Part shown: piece after piece, positions 1 through 8,759 of the stretch
How positions within the stretch are numbered: the first letter of the stretch is position 1
How the letters are laid out: each line of letters opens with the position of its first letter
Virus record (IMG/VR): IMGVR_UViG_3300014885_000012
Span: 1 to 27,955 of that record
DNA length: 27,955 bases
Source: a virus
Lineage: Duplodnaviria; Caudoviricetes
Reading direction: 5' to 3' (one strand)
Program-made: the position numbers and the translations under genes
The notes under the pieces: model-generated
Seen by the model: only the letters and a program-made list of their open reading frames with translations
What the model was told of the DNA's origin: nothing
Databases searched by the model: none

Positions 1-2455
1 CAAGGCTATGCTCTAACTCGCCCAACGTCTCAGACAAAGTACCAAGCAGTTTCTCACTTACCTTGCCCGATGTAGCTGCCAACTGCACAGCATTGCCCGT
101 AGCCGTACCCATAGACCCGCCGATAGGCGCGGCCTTGCCAGCCATCAACTCAGCATGTTCGGCAAATTCACGCATGATCTGGCGTACAGATGTGATAGCC
201 TCTTCTGGTGTTTTGGCCTGCCCCATAGCATCTATGACCCTGGCCGGTAGCGCCTGGTCTGCATCGCTCAATACGGTCATTAGCTCATCGGGCGCATGTC
301 GCCAGGCATCAACAGTTATCTCGCCAGCATTGGCTAATTTGTCAATCTCACCAGCATCTTTCCATATAAGATCACGCACCACAGACCTAAGTTCTTGTGG
401 GAAATCATTACCCAACTCTTTGAGGGCATCGGGCCAATACAGCTTAAGCGCGTCCATCTGGGCCTGTTCAGCCACTCGCCTGGCTGTGAACTTCTCTCCC
501 TTTTGGGCCAATCCAGCAAGTCCAAAGGACGTTTGGGCCTGACCAATACCGCGCTCCGCACCAGCGACGTGGAAGCCTAATTTCTCCTCAAGGTGGGCCA
601 TAGGCTTTAATGGGTTGTAGCCAAACATAATGGCCTTGCCGTTGTTGTCATAGACGTTGCGAACTGCGTAGCCTGGGTTGAGGCCAAAGTACATCTTGCC
701 CATAAAATCCTTGACAGGCTTTGACCATCCAGCTACTTGCTTGGCTCCCTTTTGTATGGCTTGCTTCTCAAAGGTTTCGGGGATGAGTTTGTCCAGCACC
801 TTAACGGTGTGGTCATAGATCATGTGTACCACTGTCTCCGGTGGTAACTCATCTACCTTACCCATCTTTAGGATGTCGGTAATAGCGCCCATCTCTCCAT
901 TAGGCTTTTCCATCATAGAGCGCAGAACAACGCCGGTGCGCCTGCCCATGACACTCTGGGGTATGTTGCCAAAACCCATGCGCTTAAGCGCGGCGGCCGC
1001 CTTCGTTGCAATGTCTATGTCTGCGTTGGCTGTCTCTGCCCACATACTTGCCACATCCTGAAATTTGGCCGCTGTCAGCTTGGATACTTCTGCCGTGAAC
1101 TCAGGCGTACCCTGCTTAAGTCCCATCTCCGCTACTTCCACCAATGCGCTTTTGTGCGTGATGCCAGCGGCGATGTCCACTACCTGGGCAACGCGCTCGC
1201 CCTGGCGGTGTATATTAGATGAAGCAAGTCGTGGGTTTATAAAGGCAGCGGCCTTATCTAGCAGCGTCTCAGCTTCTTTAATTTGCCCGCCCCTGGTAGA
1301 CAACTCGGCCAATCCCTTGAATACATCCTCAACGGGAACCATACCCTTAGCTGCTGTTAGCCAGGGAGTTTTATACATAGTTTCGGCTCCCTGAAATTGC
1401 ATAGCGTACCTGACCGGCTTGCCAGCCATCGTCACAGCATCAACCAGGTTTAGCGGGTCAAAGACAATTTGACCAATAGCCTCTTTGTACCACGTCCCAT
1501 GCCGTGCGTTCAGGATTTCGGTGTTCTCTGGTGTCAACTGACCGGCCTTAGCCAACTCATACGCTTCTTTGTATGCGCCCTTGACCGCTTCTTGGCCAGA
1601 GTAGAAAACGCTAAGGGCCTGGTCATAAGCCAGTTCTTTTAGCGGGTCGCCTGGGGTTATATCAAGTTCCTGTCTGATGTTAGTCCCATTGTCCATGTAG
1701 GGCTTGCCTGCGGCCCGTTCAACCATCTCAGCGCCGACGTTAGCAACCTCACCCAACAGTAGAGTAGATGACCCCAATAACTTTGCGCCTTCCCCAAGAG
1801 CCGTTAGCACCTTGCCGGGGGCTTCTACACCCGGTAGTGGCTGCCACTGGCCTATGTTATAAAGTATGTCGCTGACCCCCTTGATGGGTACATACTTGCC
1901 CTTGCCCCCCTCAGACACGCTCTTAACGGCATCCTGGGCCATCTCCTGGCCCTGAGCGAAATGGCCTTGTATCTTACCAGCGATCATGCCAAGGTTGGTT
2001 TTCCAGCCTGGCTCCGGCATATCTACGGGCTTGCCGATCTGGTACTCATTCGGCTCCCCACCCTGCGGCAACACCTTGTCACTTATATGAATAGCCTCTC
2101 CCGTAGGCTTGCCGCCTTTGTATGGCTTGTTCTGAAACGCTGGCGATATAGCGCTAAGGTAGGTGGTAGTTCTCTGGGGATGCTGGCCGATAGCCCAATC
2201 CTCTGGCTTGGCATTAGCCTGCTGTACCTTCTTTGGTAAGTAGGCCAATACAGACTGGTAGTTAATACCTTGCGTTCCTGTGGGGGGTCTAGGGGGTGCA
2301 GACGGTTGCTGTTGGTTGACCATACCAGGCCGGGAGGCTGGTGGTCTGGGGGGTGGGGGAGATGATAGAGGTGGTGGCGAGGATGGGGGGGATGGCGGGC
2401 GTGGAAGCCTGCGCTGTTGCCTTATTCTGTTGACCTCATTAACGTCAATTACCAC
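1..2455 (-). CDS. Large putative internal virion / DNA ejection protein, 3'-truncated by the window edge (>818 aa)
   Basis: Absent from the ORF track. Hand translation from GTG at 2455 (GAGG upstream) gives [29 protein letters not shown]...YKEAIGQIVFDPLNLVDAV..., and the same frame is open at the edge (...VSEKLLGTLSETLGELEHSL). About 1420-61 was not translated codon by codon, but the lack of a terminated long ORF in the track fits read-through. Product inferred from size, composition and position downstream of the portal. Confidence 0.75.
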   Translation of the reverse strand, partial: MVIDVNEVNRIRQQRRLPRPPSPPSSPPPLSSPPPPRPPASRPGMVNQQQPSAPPRPPTGTQGINYQSVLAYLPKKVQQANAKPEDWAIGQHPQRTTTYLSAISPAFQNKPYKGGKPTGEAIHISDKVLPQGGEPNEYQIGKPVDMPEPGWKTNLGMIAGKIQGHFAQGQEMAQDAVKSVSEGGKGKYVPIKGVSDILYNIGQWQPLPGVEAPGKVLTALGEGAKLLGSSTLLLGEVANVGAEMVERAAGKPYMDNGTNIRQELDITPGDPLKELAYDQALSVFYSGQEAVKGAYKEAYELAKAGQLTPENTEILNARHGTWYKEAIGQIVFDPLNLVDAVTMAGKPVRYAMQFQGAETMYKTPWLTAAKGMVPVEDVFKGLAELSTRGGQIKEAETLLDKAAAFINPRLASSNIHRQGERVAQVVDIAAGITHKSALVEVAEMGLKQGTPEFTAEVSKLTAAKFQDVASMWAETANADIDIATKAAAALKRMGFGNIPQSVMGRRTGVVLRSMMEKPNGEMGAITDILKMGKVDELPPETVVHMIYDHTVKVLDKLIPETFEKQAIQKGAKQVAGWSKPVKDFMGKMYFGLNPGYAVRNVYDNNGKAIMFGYNPLKPMAHLEEKLGFHVAGAERGIGQAQTSFGLAGLAQKGEKFTARRVAEQAQMDALKLYWPDALKELGNDFPQELRSVVRDLIWKDAGEIDKLANAGEITVDAWRHAPDELMTVLSDADQALPARVIDAMGQAKTPEEAITSVRQIMREFAEHAELMAGKAAPIGGSMGTATGNAVQLAATSGKVSEKLLGTLSETLGELEHSL

Positions 2456-2591
2456 GTTGCCTCTTTACCTTCCGTCGCTTGGTGCGGCCCACAATTTTGG
2501 CCGCTATTCTGTCAGCTTCCTTACCACTACGCCCGCTTTCGATCAGTTTTCTTACGTTTACTTTTCTGTTTTTTCTTCCCGGTTTTAGCAT
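2445..2591 (-). CDS. Small basic protein, 48 aa (not in ORF track)
   Basis: Hand translation: [48 protein letters not shown]. It fills the gap before the large ORF and overlaps both neighbours. Confidence 0.5.
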   Translation of the reverse strand: MLKPGRKNRKVNVRKLIESGRSGKEADRIAAKIVGRTKRRKVKRQRGN

Positions 2592-2697
2592 TATCTAAAG
2601 CCGCCGCCACCGCCTGGTCTTTTGGGTGGCCCCCTCCTATCATCTCGGATATATTTGCAGATATGACAGCCTTTGACTTCCCTTTTTTAAGCGGCAT
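2527..2697 (-). CDS. Small Lys-rich phage protein, 56 aa (MPLKKG-type; not in ORF track)
   Basis: Hand translation: [56 protein letters not shown]. It resembles a recurrent small basic protein of phage head modules (recalled, not searched) and overlaps the upstream gene's stop. Confidence 0.8.
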   Translation of the reverse strand: MPLKKGKSKAVISANISEMIGGGHPKDQAVAAALDNAKTGKKKQKSKRKKTDRKRA

Positions 2698-2956
2698 CCT
2701 CTATACCCCAATCTGTAAGACTAACTCGCCTATACCCCCCCTCAACACACTCAACATGCCATGTAGGATTAGCCACCAGGGGTAAACAACCATCCGCTAC
2801 AGGAGGTAGACAGCTATCCTCAATTAGCAACGTGACAACCTTACCAAAGGGATCGTTTTCATTCTCATGCCATACATATCTTACCCGGCTGGTGACTGGC
2901 AAATGTAGAGCCTCGGCCAATGACTTAAGGGATACTCTTACTCTGACAACGTTCAT
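2687..2956 (-). CDS. Hypothetical protein, 89 aa
   Basis: ORF track; TAATG stop/start coupling with the upstream gene. Confidence 0.7.
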   Translation of the reverse strand: MNVVRVRVSLKSLAEALHLPVTSRVRYVWHENENDPFGKVVTLLIEDSCLPPVADGCLPLVANPTWHVECVEGGYRRVSLTDWGIEDAA

Positions 2957-3732
2957 TAGAATTTAATGTCTCCAATAAAGATATGGTCTAAATAGACTTC
3001 TATAGCCCTATCCTCAGATGGGATAGGCCGCTTGACAATTGGCACAATACCAACCTCTTTACCATCTACTACTATACGGAGAAATGTGCCTCCCTCTACG
3101 GGCGGTGGGGGTGGGGGTGGTGCAGACCCTTTGCGAACAAGCTGGAATACGGGGTTGACTGTCAGGTGGTCAGTACCACCAAACCAACCTAGCCCCTTAG
3201 CACAATCAGCGAACTTTGGCTCCGGTAGGTGTGTGGGGCAGAGAGGCCAAATAACGCCTACACCCTGCTTATCCACATATACCATCCCGCCGCTATAGCC
3301 AAAACCCACATCTCCGTTAGCGTTGGTAAAACCAGCTACGCCTTTTCCAGAGGTATAGTCAGGCACGACAGACACATTGCCGGGCAAAGCAGGAGCGCCG
3401 GGCCAGGAGTGTACAACCAAGACACCCTCTGCTGAAAAACCCCCCTGGTCAGTGAATTTGGGTATAAACACAGCCGCGCCTGTGCGTAGATAGAAGCCAA
3501 CGCAGCGCCATGCCAGCGCACCGGCAGGGGCTATATCCCATCCCTGAGACGCATCCACGCGGGCATTACACCAGACATTCAACTCATTCATATTGGTGAT
3601 ACGAGGCACAAGTGCGAATGATGGGTCATTATCCCCGCGTAAATCATTTACAAAAGGCACATCACCTATCATCTGAGTGGCTATTTCTACTACACCATAG
3701 CCGCCAATATCTGCAACAAAACTCTCTTCCAT
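2956..3732 (-). CDS. Hypothetical protein, 258 aa, with a WPGAP...TNANGDVGFG...GLG domain and poly-Pro linker; possibly cell-envelope-interacting
   Basis: Strong RBS GGAGGAG. Two-domain layout split by PPPPPPP. The motif recalls Chloroflexota extracellular proteins (from memory only). Confidence 0.7.
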   Translation of the reverse strand: MEESFVADIGGYGVVEIATQMIGDVPFVNDLRGDNDPSFALVPRITNMNELNVWCNARVDASQGWDIAPAGALAWRCVGFYLRTGAAVFIPKFTDQGGFSAEGVLVVHSWPGAPALPGNVSVVPDYTSGKGVAGFTNANGDVGFGYSGGMVYVDKQGVGVIWPLCPTHLPEPKFADCAKGLGWFGGTDHLTVNPVFQLVRKGSAPPPPPPPVEGGTFLRIVVDGKEVGIVPIVKRPIPSEDRAIEVYLDHIFIGDIKF

Positions 3733-3742
3733 TTTCTCCTCC

Positions 3743-3931
3743 TTAAAATTCGCCCCCCTGCGGGCCTACTGTTACATTGAATATGGGCCATACGGTTGGG
3801 GGTGGTATGTACTGGAGGGTGGGTTTCGGCACTTCTACCACTTTAGGTGGGCCACCCATCAACCGTTGGAATGGTTCACGGCGGGTTTCAATTGCCTTCT
3901 TGTATGAGCCAGTCAAATCCTTGAAGTCCAT
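3743..3931 (-). CDS. Hypothetical protein, 62 aa
   Basis: ORF track; fits tightly between neighbouring genes. Confidence 0.65.
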   Translation of the reverse strand: MDFKDLTGSYKKAIETRREPFQRLMGGPPKVVEVPKPTLQYIPPPTVWPIFNVTVGPQGGEF

Positions 3932-3932
3932 G

Positions 3933-4925
3933 TTATAATTGTCCTACGTTGCGTCTCACTAGACCCCTTCTCATAAACTGCTCACCAGAATGGATACCCC
4001 GGCGCTGCCCGATCAACCCACTAAGGGGAGGGCCACCACCATAAATCGGATTAGTCATATTTTCGGCCAGTGTCAGGAATTGGCCTAGCTCCTGTGGCTT
4101 GCCTGCTGCCTCTGCCTCCAGGGTCTTTAGCCGCGCTGCCGCCTGTTGCTGTTGTGAGCGTGTGCCACCCATACCACCCGCAGCAGTGTTGAGATAGTCT
4201 TTCATCCAGCCAAGGCTACTGGGCGATTGCCCCATCCCGGTCTTAGCAAACTGTGGTAGGTTGCTGGTCAAAGAGCCAAAGTCCATTGACTTTGCCGCTG
4301 CCAACAAACTATCTCTAAGATTATCCTGATTAAACCCCTCCTGCGGCTGGCCCGTGTCAACCTTTTCAGCCAGCGCATAGCGCCGGAATAACATGGGGTT
4401 AGCCCGCGCCAGGTACATCATTGTCTCTCGTTTTGTCTCTGGATCGAGGTATTGGAGCATGTTGTTCGTAACATATTGCCCCATAAAATCGGCCTGGCTT
4501 GTTCCTGTGGGTTTGCCATAGATTTTGGCTATACCAATATCCTCCAGGCTCTTTGGGTTTTGGCCCGCAGCGTTCCAGGAGGGAAGTTGGTTTGTCCAAT
4601 TCTTTAGCGCCCCCAACATCTTCTTGGTCGCCAGGAATTTTAAGTCACTACCGCCCCCTTCGCCCACATACTGGCTTGCGCCGCCAATCATCCTGCGGGT
4701 TTCATCTGTAATGCCGCCCGTATTAACGTAGTCAAAGGCGATGCGCTGTAGTGTATCTCGTAACTGAGAAAGCGCCTGCCCTGAGAAATTGGAGCCTTCC
4801 CCACCTGCTTTAATGCTATTGGTGTACGCGATTGCTTTTTCTGGGTCTTGCTGTAGTAGCCGGAGCCAGCCCTGCAACGCACCCATAGACGAGTCTACTT
4901 CACCCTGTCCCTTGTATCTTGCCAT
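3933..4925 (-). CDS. Putative internal virion protein, 330 aa
   Basis: Gly/Gln/Ala-rich ORF in the operon downstream of the portal; function inferred from position. Confidence 0.6.
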   Translation of the reverse strand: MARYKGQGEVDSSMGALQGWLRLLQQDPEKAIAYTNSIKAGGEGSNFSGQALSQLRDTLQRIAFDYVNTGGITDETRRMIGGASQYVGEGGGSDLKFLATKKMLGALKNWTNQLPSWNAAGQNPKSLEDIGIAKIYGKPTGTSQADFMGQYVTNNMLQYLDPETKRETMMYLARANPMLFRRYALAEKVDTGQPQEGFNQDNLRDSLLAAAKSMDFGSLTSNLPQFAKTGMGQSPSSLGWMKDYLNTAAGGMGGTRSQQQQAAARLKTLEAEAAGKPQELGQFLTLAENMTNPIYGGGPPLSGLIGQRRGIHSGEQFMRRGLVRRNVGQL

Positions 4926-4927
4926 AA

Positions 4928-6490
4928 TTAAATCCCCCTAGCTTGTTTAGGCCACCACCAGGGTTGGGGCTTTTCTGCATAACCACCGCCCCCGCCGTAG
5001 CCACCACCACCACCATAGCCGCCGTAGCCTCCACCACCATAGCCTCCACCACTAGACAACCCACCACCCCACATATCGAGGGGAGATAGTTGTTCTTCGT
5101 AAGCTGGTGCGGTCATAGGCCCTGATGCAGCGCCAGCCCCGCCGGGTTGACCCCCATCAAGGTAGGATAGGGCTGTACCTAAATTCTCTGCTCTGCTACC
5201 TGGGCCTTCCCAGGGCCATATACCATTCTGTTGCTTGTATGATTGCGCCCACTTGTAACCTTCCTCACGTGTGGCAAAACCCAAGTTGTTCCAGGGAACG
5301 TTAAGCGCCTCTATGTCCATTGTACCCATCTGCGTCTGGAATGGTCGTGGTAAATCTCCCTGCTTAAACTCACCAGCAATACCCCCCAACCTGGCCGCCT
5401 CAGCTTGTCCCTGCTGTGTTACTTCTGGTATTGCTTCTACTCGCTTAAATGGCTGCCTTGGTGTGCCTCCTAATGTTGATGGATTCGGCACCATCCCTAT
5501 TTGCCATGTGGGTTGTGATTGTGGGGGTGGTGCGGGTGGTGTATAGTATTTGTCCAGTGGTTGTAGGCTTGTGGGGCCACCCCTATCCGCAGGGGTTTGG
5601 GGTTGAAATGGCGTGTACCTACCCCTATCAGCCGGAGGTGTGACCTGTGCCGTTGGCTGACCCGCTGGCATAGACGATATTGGGGGAGCGCCCCCCACTC
5701 CCTGTGTAGCAGCCTGTGGAAGCCACTGTAATAACCTGGCCCCCTGCGAGTAGGGGTCATTTTGCGTCTGTGGTGCAGATATAGGCATACCAGGCACACC
5801 AGACCCACTTATACCTTGCGTAGCTGCCTGCGGAATACCCTGTAAAAATCTTGCTCCTTGTGAATACGGGTCATTTTGCATCTGTGTTTGTGGTACAGGT
5901 GCGAGTGGGCCTAACCCACTAATGCCCTGTGTAGCAGCCTGACCCACCCCATAAATAGCACTTAGGGCCTGGTTATAGAGATTCTGCCCCCCACTTAAAT
6001 CTAATGGTGTTGCCGCCGACTTAAGACCACCCCTGCCGGGTTGGGGTTGAAGAGGCGGTTGGGGGGGTTGTTGCAACAGGGGCGATGCTCTACCGCCTTT
6101 AGGCATACCAATCATTGTCTCAGGCTGTACCCCAATTGGGCCTATGCCCGGTGGCTCTGTTGGTAAGGTGGCCGGTGCAGCAAAACCGCCTGGGGCCTGC
6201 GGTTGTGCCGGTGCTTCTTCACCACCACCAAATAATTTACTGAACGCAGCGCCCACGTCATCATAAAGTTCCTGCCCGAAATTCTTATTAGTGGCCCTCT
6301 GCTGCTGGTCTATTCGCTGCCGAATATTGGCATCATCCACCAGCCGTTGCTGCTCACTAATAGGCGGGCGCGGGCCGTACTTCTTTTCTAGTGGCTTGGC
6401 TACAGGCTTGGGAGGGGCCGCTGCTTTCTTAACAGGGGGTGTTACCTTCTTCTTGGGTTTTTGTGTCCATAGGGTATCGTCTACTGCCAT
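4928..6490 (-). CDS. Pro/Gly/Gln-rich low-complexity protein, 520 aa; putative internal virion/ejection protein
   Basis: Basic N-terminus, internal QAATQG / QNDPYSQGAR repeats, GGGY-rich tail; TAATG-coupled to the upstream gene. Confidence 0.65.
   Translation of the reverse strand: MAVDDTLWTQKPKKKVTPPVKKAAAPPKPVAKPLEKKYGPRPPISEQQRLVDDANIRQRIDQQQRATNKNFGQELYDDVGAAFSKLFGGGEEAPAQPQAPGGFAAPATLPTEPPGIGPIGVQPETMIGMPKGGRASPLLQQPPQPPLQPQPGRGGLKSAATPLDLSGGQNLYNQALSAIYGVGQAATQGISGLGPLAPVPQTQMQNDPYSQGARFLQGIPQAATQGISGSGVPGMPISAPQTQNDPYSQGARLLQWLPQAATQGVGGAPPISSMPAGQPTAQVTPPADRGRYTPFQPQTPADRGGPTSLQPLDKYYTPPAPPPQSQPTWQIGMVPNPSTLGGTPRQPFKRVEAIPEVTQQGQAEAARLGGIAGEFKQGDLPRPFQTQMGTMDIEALNVPWNNLGFATREEGYKWAQSYKQQNGIWPWEGPGSRAENLGTALSYLDGGQPGGAGAASGPMTAPAYEEQLSPLDMWGGGLSSGGGYGGGGYGGYGGGGGYGGGGGYAEKPQPWWWPKQARGI
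5700..5945 (-). repeat. Intragenic tandem duplication (about 2.3 copies of a ~38-codon unit)
   Basis: QAATQG occurs three times and QNDPYSQGARxLQxxP twice. On the plus strand, CCCTGTGTAGCAGCCTG and GGGTCATTTTGC both recur. Confidence 0.85.
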
Positions 6491-6927
6491 TATATATTTC
6501 CCCTTCCCTGGGGCATGAACGTTGTCCCAAAGGGCCTACGTCTACCTTGTGGGGTTAGCGTACTAGGAGTCTCCCATGATGTGCCTGGTGGAAATTGTCT
6601 TTTCCAATCAAATCCCCCCGGTACTGGCCCATTACCCGTATTCATGGCCGCGCCTGCCCTTAGTAAACTAGATTCTTCTTGTAAAGCTGCCATGCGTTCT
6701 GCCAAGCGCGATGCGCTATTCTGTAGGTCTAGGCTCTGTTTTGTTTTGTCTGGGCTACCTACTGCCGCATTAAGCCTAGCTGCTTCCGTAAATCTTGACC
6801 TGTAATCCCTACTCTCCTTTATTCGTTTTAACAAGTCTAACATCATCCTGGTCTGTAGGGGTACAGCATTTGGTGGTGCTGGTATCTTCCACCTATCGGA
6901 TTGTAGGGGTAGTTGTGGCTGAGGCAT
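6490..6927 (-). CDS. Hypothetical virion-module protein, 145 aa
   Basis: TAATG-coupled to the portal stop; central helical/coiled segment. Confidence 0.7.
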   Translation of the reverse strand: MPQPQLPLQSDRWKIPAPPNAVPLQTRMMLDLLKRIKESRDYRSRFTEAARLNAAVGSPDKTKQSLDLQNSASRLAERMAALQEESSLLRAGAAMNTGNGPVPGGFDWKRQFPPGTSWETPSTLTPQGRRRPFGTTFMPQGRGNI

Positions 6928-8759
6928 TACATACCTCCCATCGGGCCGCCTGTCATCATTTCACTAATGCCTGGCGCTTGTTCTGGGTTTTGTGGCCCAC
7001 CGCCAGGGGGTTCGTTGCCCATCGTGTTTTGTGGTACACCCATGCCCATCCCCGGAATTGTCTCACCCCCGCCTGGGGGGGTAGCCATGGTCTTGCCAAT
7101 AGCCTGTTGTAGTTGGGCCTCTACGATAGGCAGGGCTGAACTGTTGTTCTCTCGCAGCACGTCAATGATTGCCAGCAGCTTAACCAGCGGGTCACGTTGA
7201 GCCTCTTCATCCAGCTTGCGGGCCATCTCCTCTTCTGGCTGGTTAATGCCAAAGAAGTTTTCAAGGATGTATTGAATGGATACGGGGCTATTCGGGATGC
7301 TCGCCAATTGTGCGCCGATCATAGCCATACGTGGCTCATCGCTGGTCTTGGGCTTAATAGTTGTGTTGACTACCAGGCCAAGAGTCTCACTACCAGACAG
7401 CATAGCAGACGCATATCTATTCTTGACCTGTAGGAGAACTGCCAAATGTAGGTCATTGCTGAACACCCGCATTAGACCAAATATCAAGTCAGACACCGTA
7501 CTCATAGCCAACTCAAGCAAGTCTTTAGGGGTGTCAGAGCGTAGCACATCGGCGCTTCTAATCTGCTGCAAAGCGAAGCCAGAGAGACGCGCGCTTACCT
7601 CCCCAAACATAATGTCTGAGAAAGTAGCCTGCTGCATTGATCCCTCAATCTCCATTAACTCTTTAGTGACATCGGGTGGCTGGCCCTCCCATCGTGGAAA
7701 CTTGATGTCGCCACCAGGTAGGTGAGGTATGTTGCCCCATGTGGCTGTGACGTTTAGCGGTGTGTCGCCGGTTGTGTAGGGAACCATGTTGGTGTACATA
7801 TCAATCTGGCGATGCTGGCGAGACTTCAAATATTCCCATATCTCGTTAGCCTGTAACATACCAAATATAAAGGGAATACTCCGATAGGTTGGGTCATCAG
7901 AGTTGTTATGCACATACTCCGCAATGACAAAGGGGATAGATGGGTACTGGGTTGCTTGTGGTGGAATAATAAACCAGTCCCTAAAGCTAATGGCATAGTA
8001 GACCACACCATTAGCATCTTGCCCCCACCACTCGATATAATCACTCTCAGTCTTGTCAAGTTCGTCGGCAGGGATATTTTTTTGTATCTCGGACACATCG
8101 GCCTGGCCTTCCCACTCGTCTATGACCTCTGCCGCTGTGCGTCGTTGGGCATAAAATATATCGGTGAATGGGCGGCCATACTTACCCTTGCCCATTGGGT
8201 ACAATTTAGCGATGTCTATAACTTCCAGGTAGATAGGGAACGTGTTCGAGTCGTGATGCTGAATAGCCCAGGGCTGGCCCTGCGGGTCATCAGGGTTTTC
8301 TATTACCTGTTTTTCTATCTGAGGTGGGGTAGATGTCCAGTACAGCCTTATGCCCGCTGCACCGTCTTTTACGCAGCGATTGACCACTTCTTTGAACAAG
8401 TGCAACTGCTGGCGACGAGAGTTTAACTGCCATACACCAGTCAAGAACAACTCAGCCCGGCTAGGGATGGTGCTTTTAATCTCGCCAGGATGGACACATT
8501 TGTACACGGGGGGATAGCCACCTAGCACCGCCCCCATGACATTGATGGTGTTGTGGGGCCGGTTGCATATTTCCTGGTACTCAGCGGCAATCTGTCTACG
8601 CAGGCCAGCAATAGCCCCACCCATAAAGTTGCTTTTACGCTCTCGCTTCATGGTGTATAGCTCATTGCACAGCAGCACAAGCTGGTTACGTTGTCGGTAC
8701 ATTCCCTCTGCTCTTTGGTAGCGGGCTTTGAAATCTGAAATGTCTTTGGGGGGTATCAT
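6927..8759 (-). CDS. Portal (head-tail connector) protein, 610 aa
   Basis: Directly downstream of TerL with an ATGA overlap. Size, helical character, IPFV / FSDIMFGE..SGFAL segments and a Gly/Pro/Met-rich tail are typical of podovirus-like portals. Confidence 0.85.
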   Translation of the reverse strand: MIPPKDISDFKARYQRAEGMYRQRNQLVLLCNELYTMKRERKSNFMGGAIAGLRRQIAAEYQEICNRPHNTINVMGAVLGGYPPVYKCVHPGEIKSTIPSRAELFLTGVWQLNSRRQQLHLFKEVVNRCVKDGAAGIRLYWTSTPPQIEKQVIENPDDPQGQPWAIQHHDSNTFPIYLEVIDIAKLYPMGKGKYGRPFTDIFYAQRRTAAEVIDEWEGQADVSEIQKNIPADELDKTESDYIEWWGQDANGVVYYAISFRDWFIIPPQATQYPSIPFVIAEYVHNNSDDPTYRSIPFIFGMLQANEIWEYLKSRQHRQIDMYTNMVPYTTGDTPLNVTATWGNIPHLPGGDIKFPRWEGQPPDVTKELMEIEGSMQQATFSDIMFGEVSARLSGFALQQIRSADVLRSDTPKDLLELAMSTVSDLIFGLMRVFSNDLHLAVLLQVKNRYASAMLSGSETLGLVVNTTIKPKTSDEPRMAMIGAQLASIPNSPVSIQYILENFFGINQPEEEMARKLDEEAQRDPLVKLLAIIDVLRENNSSALPIVEAQLQQAIGKTMATPPGGGETIPGMGMGVPQNTMGNEPPGGGPQNPEQAPGISEMMTGGPMGGM

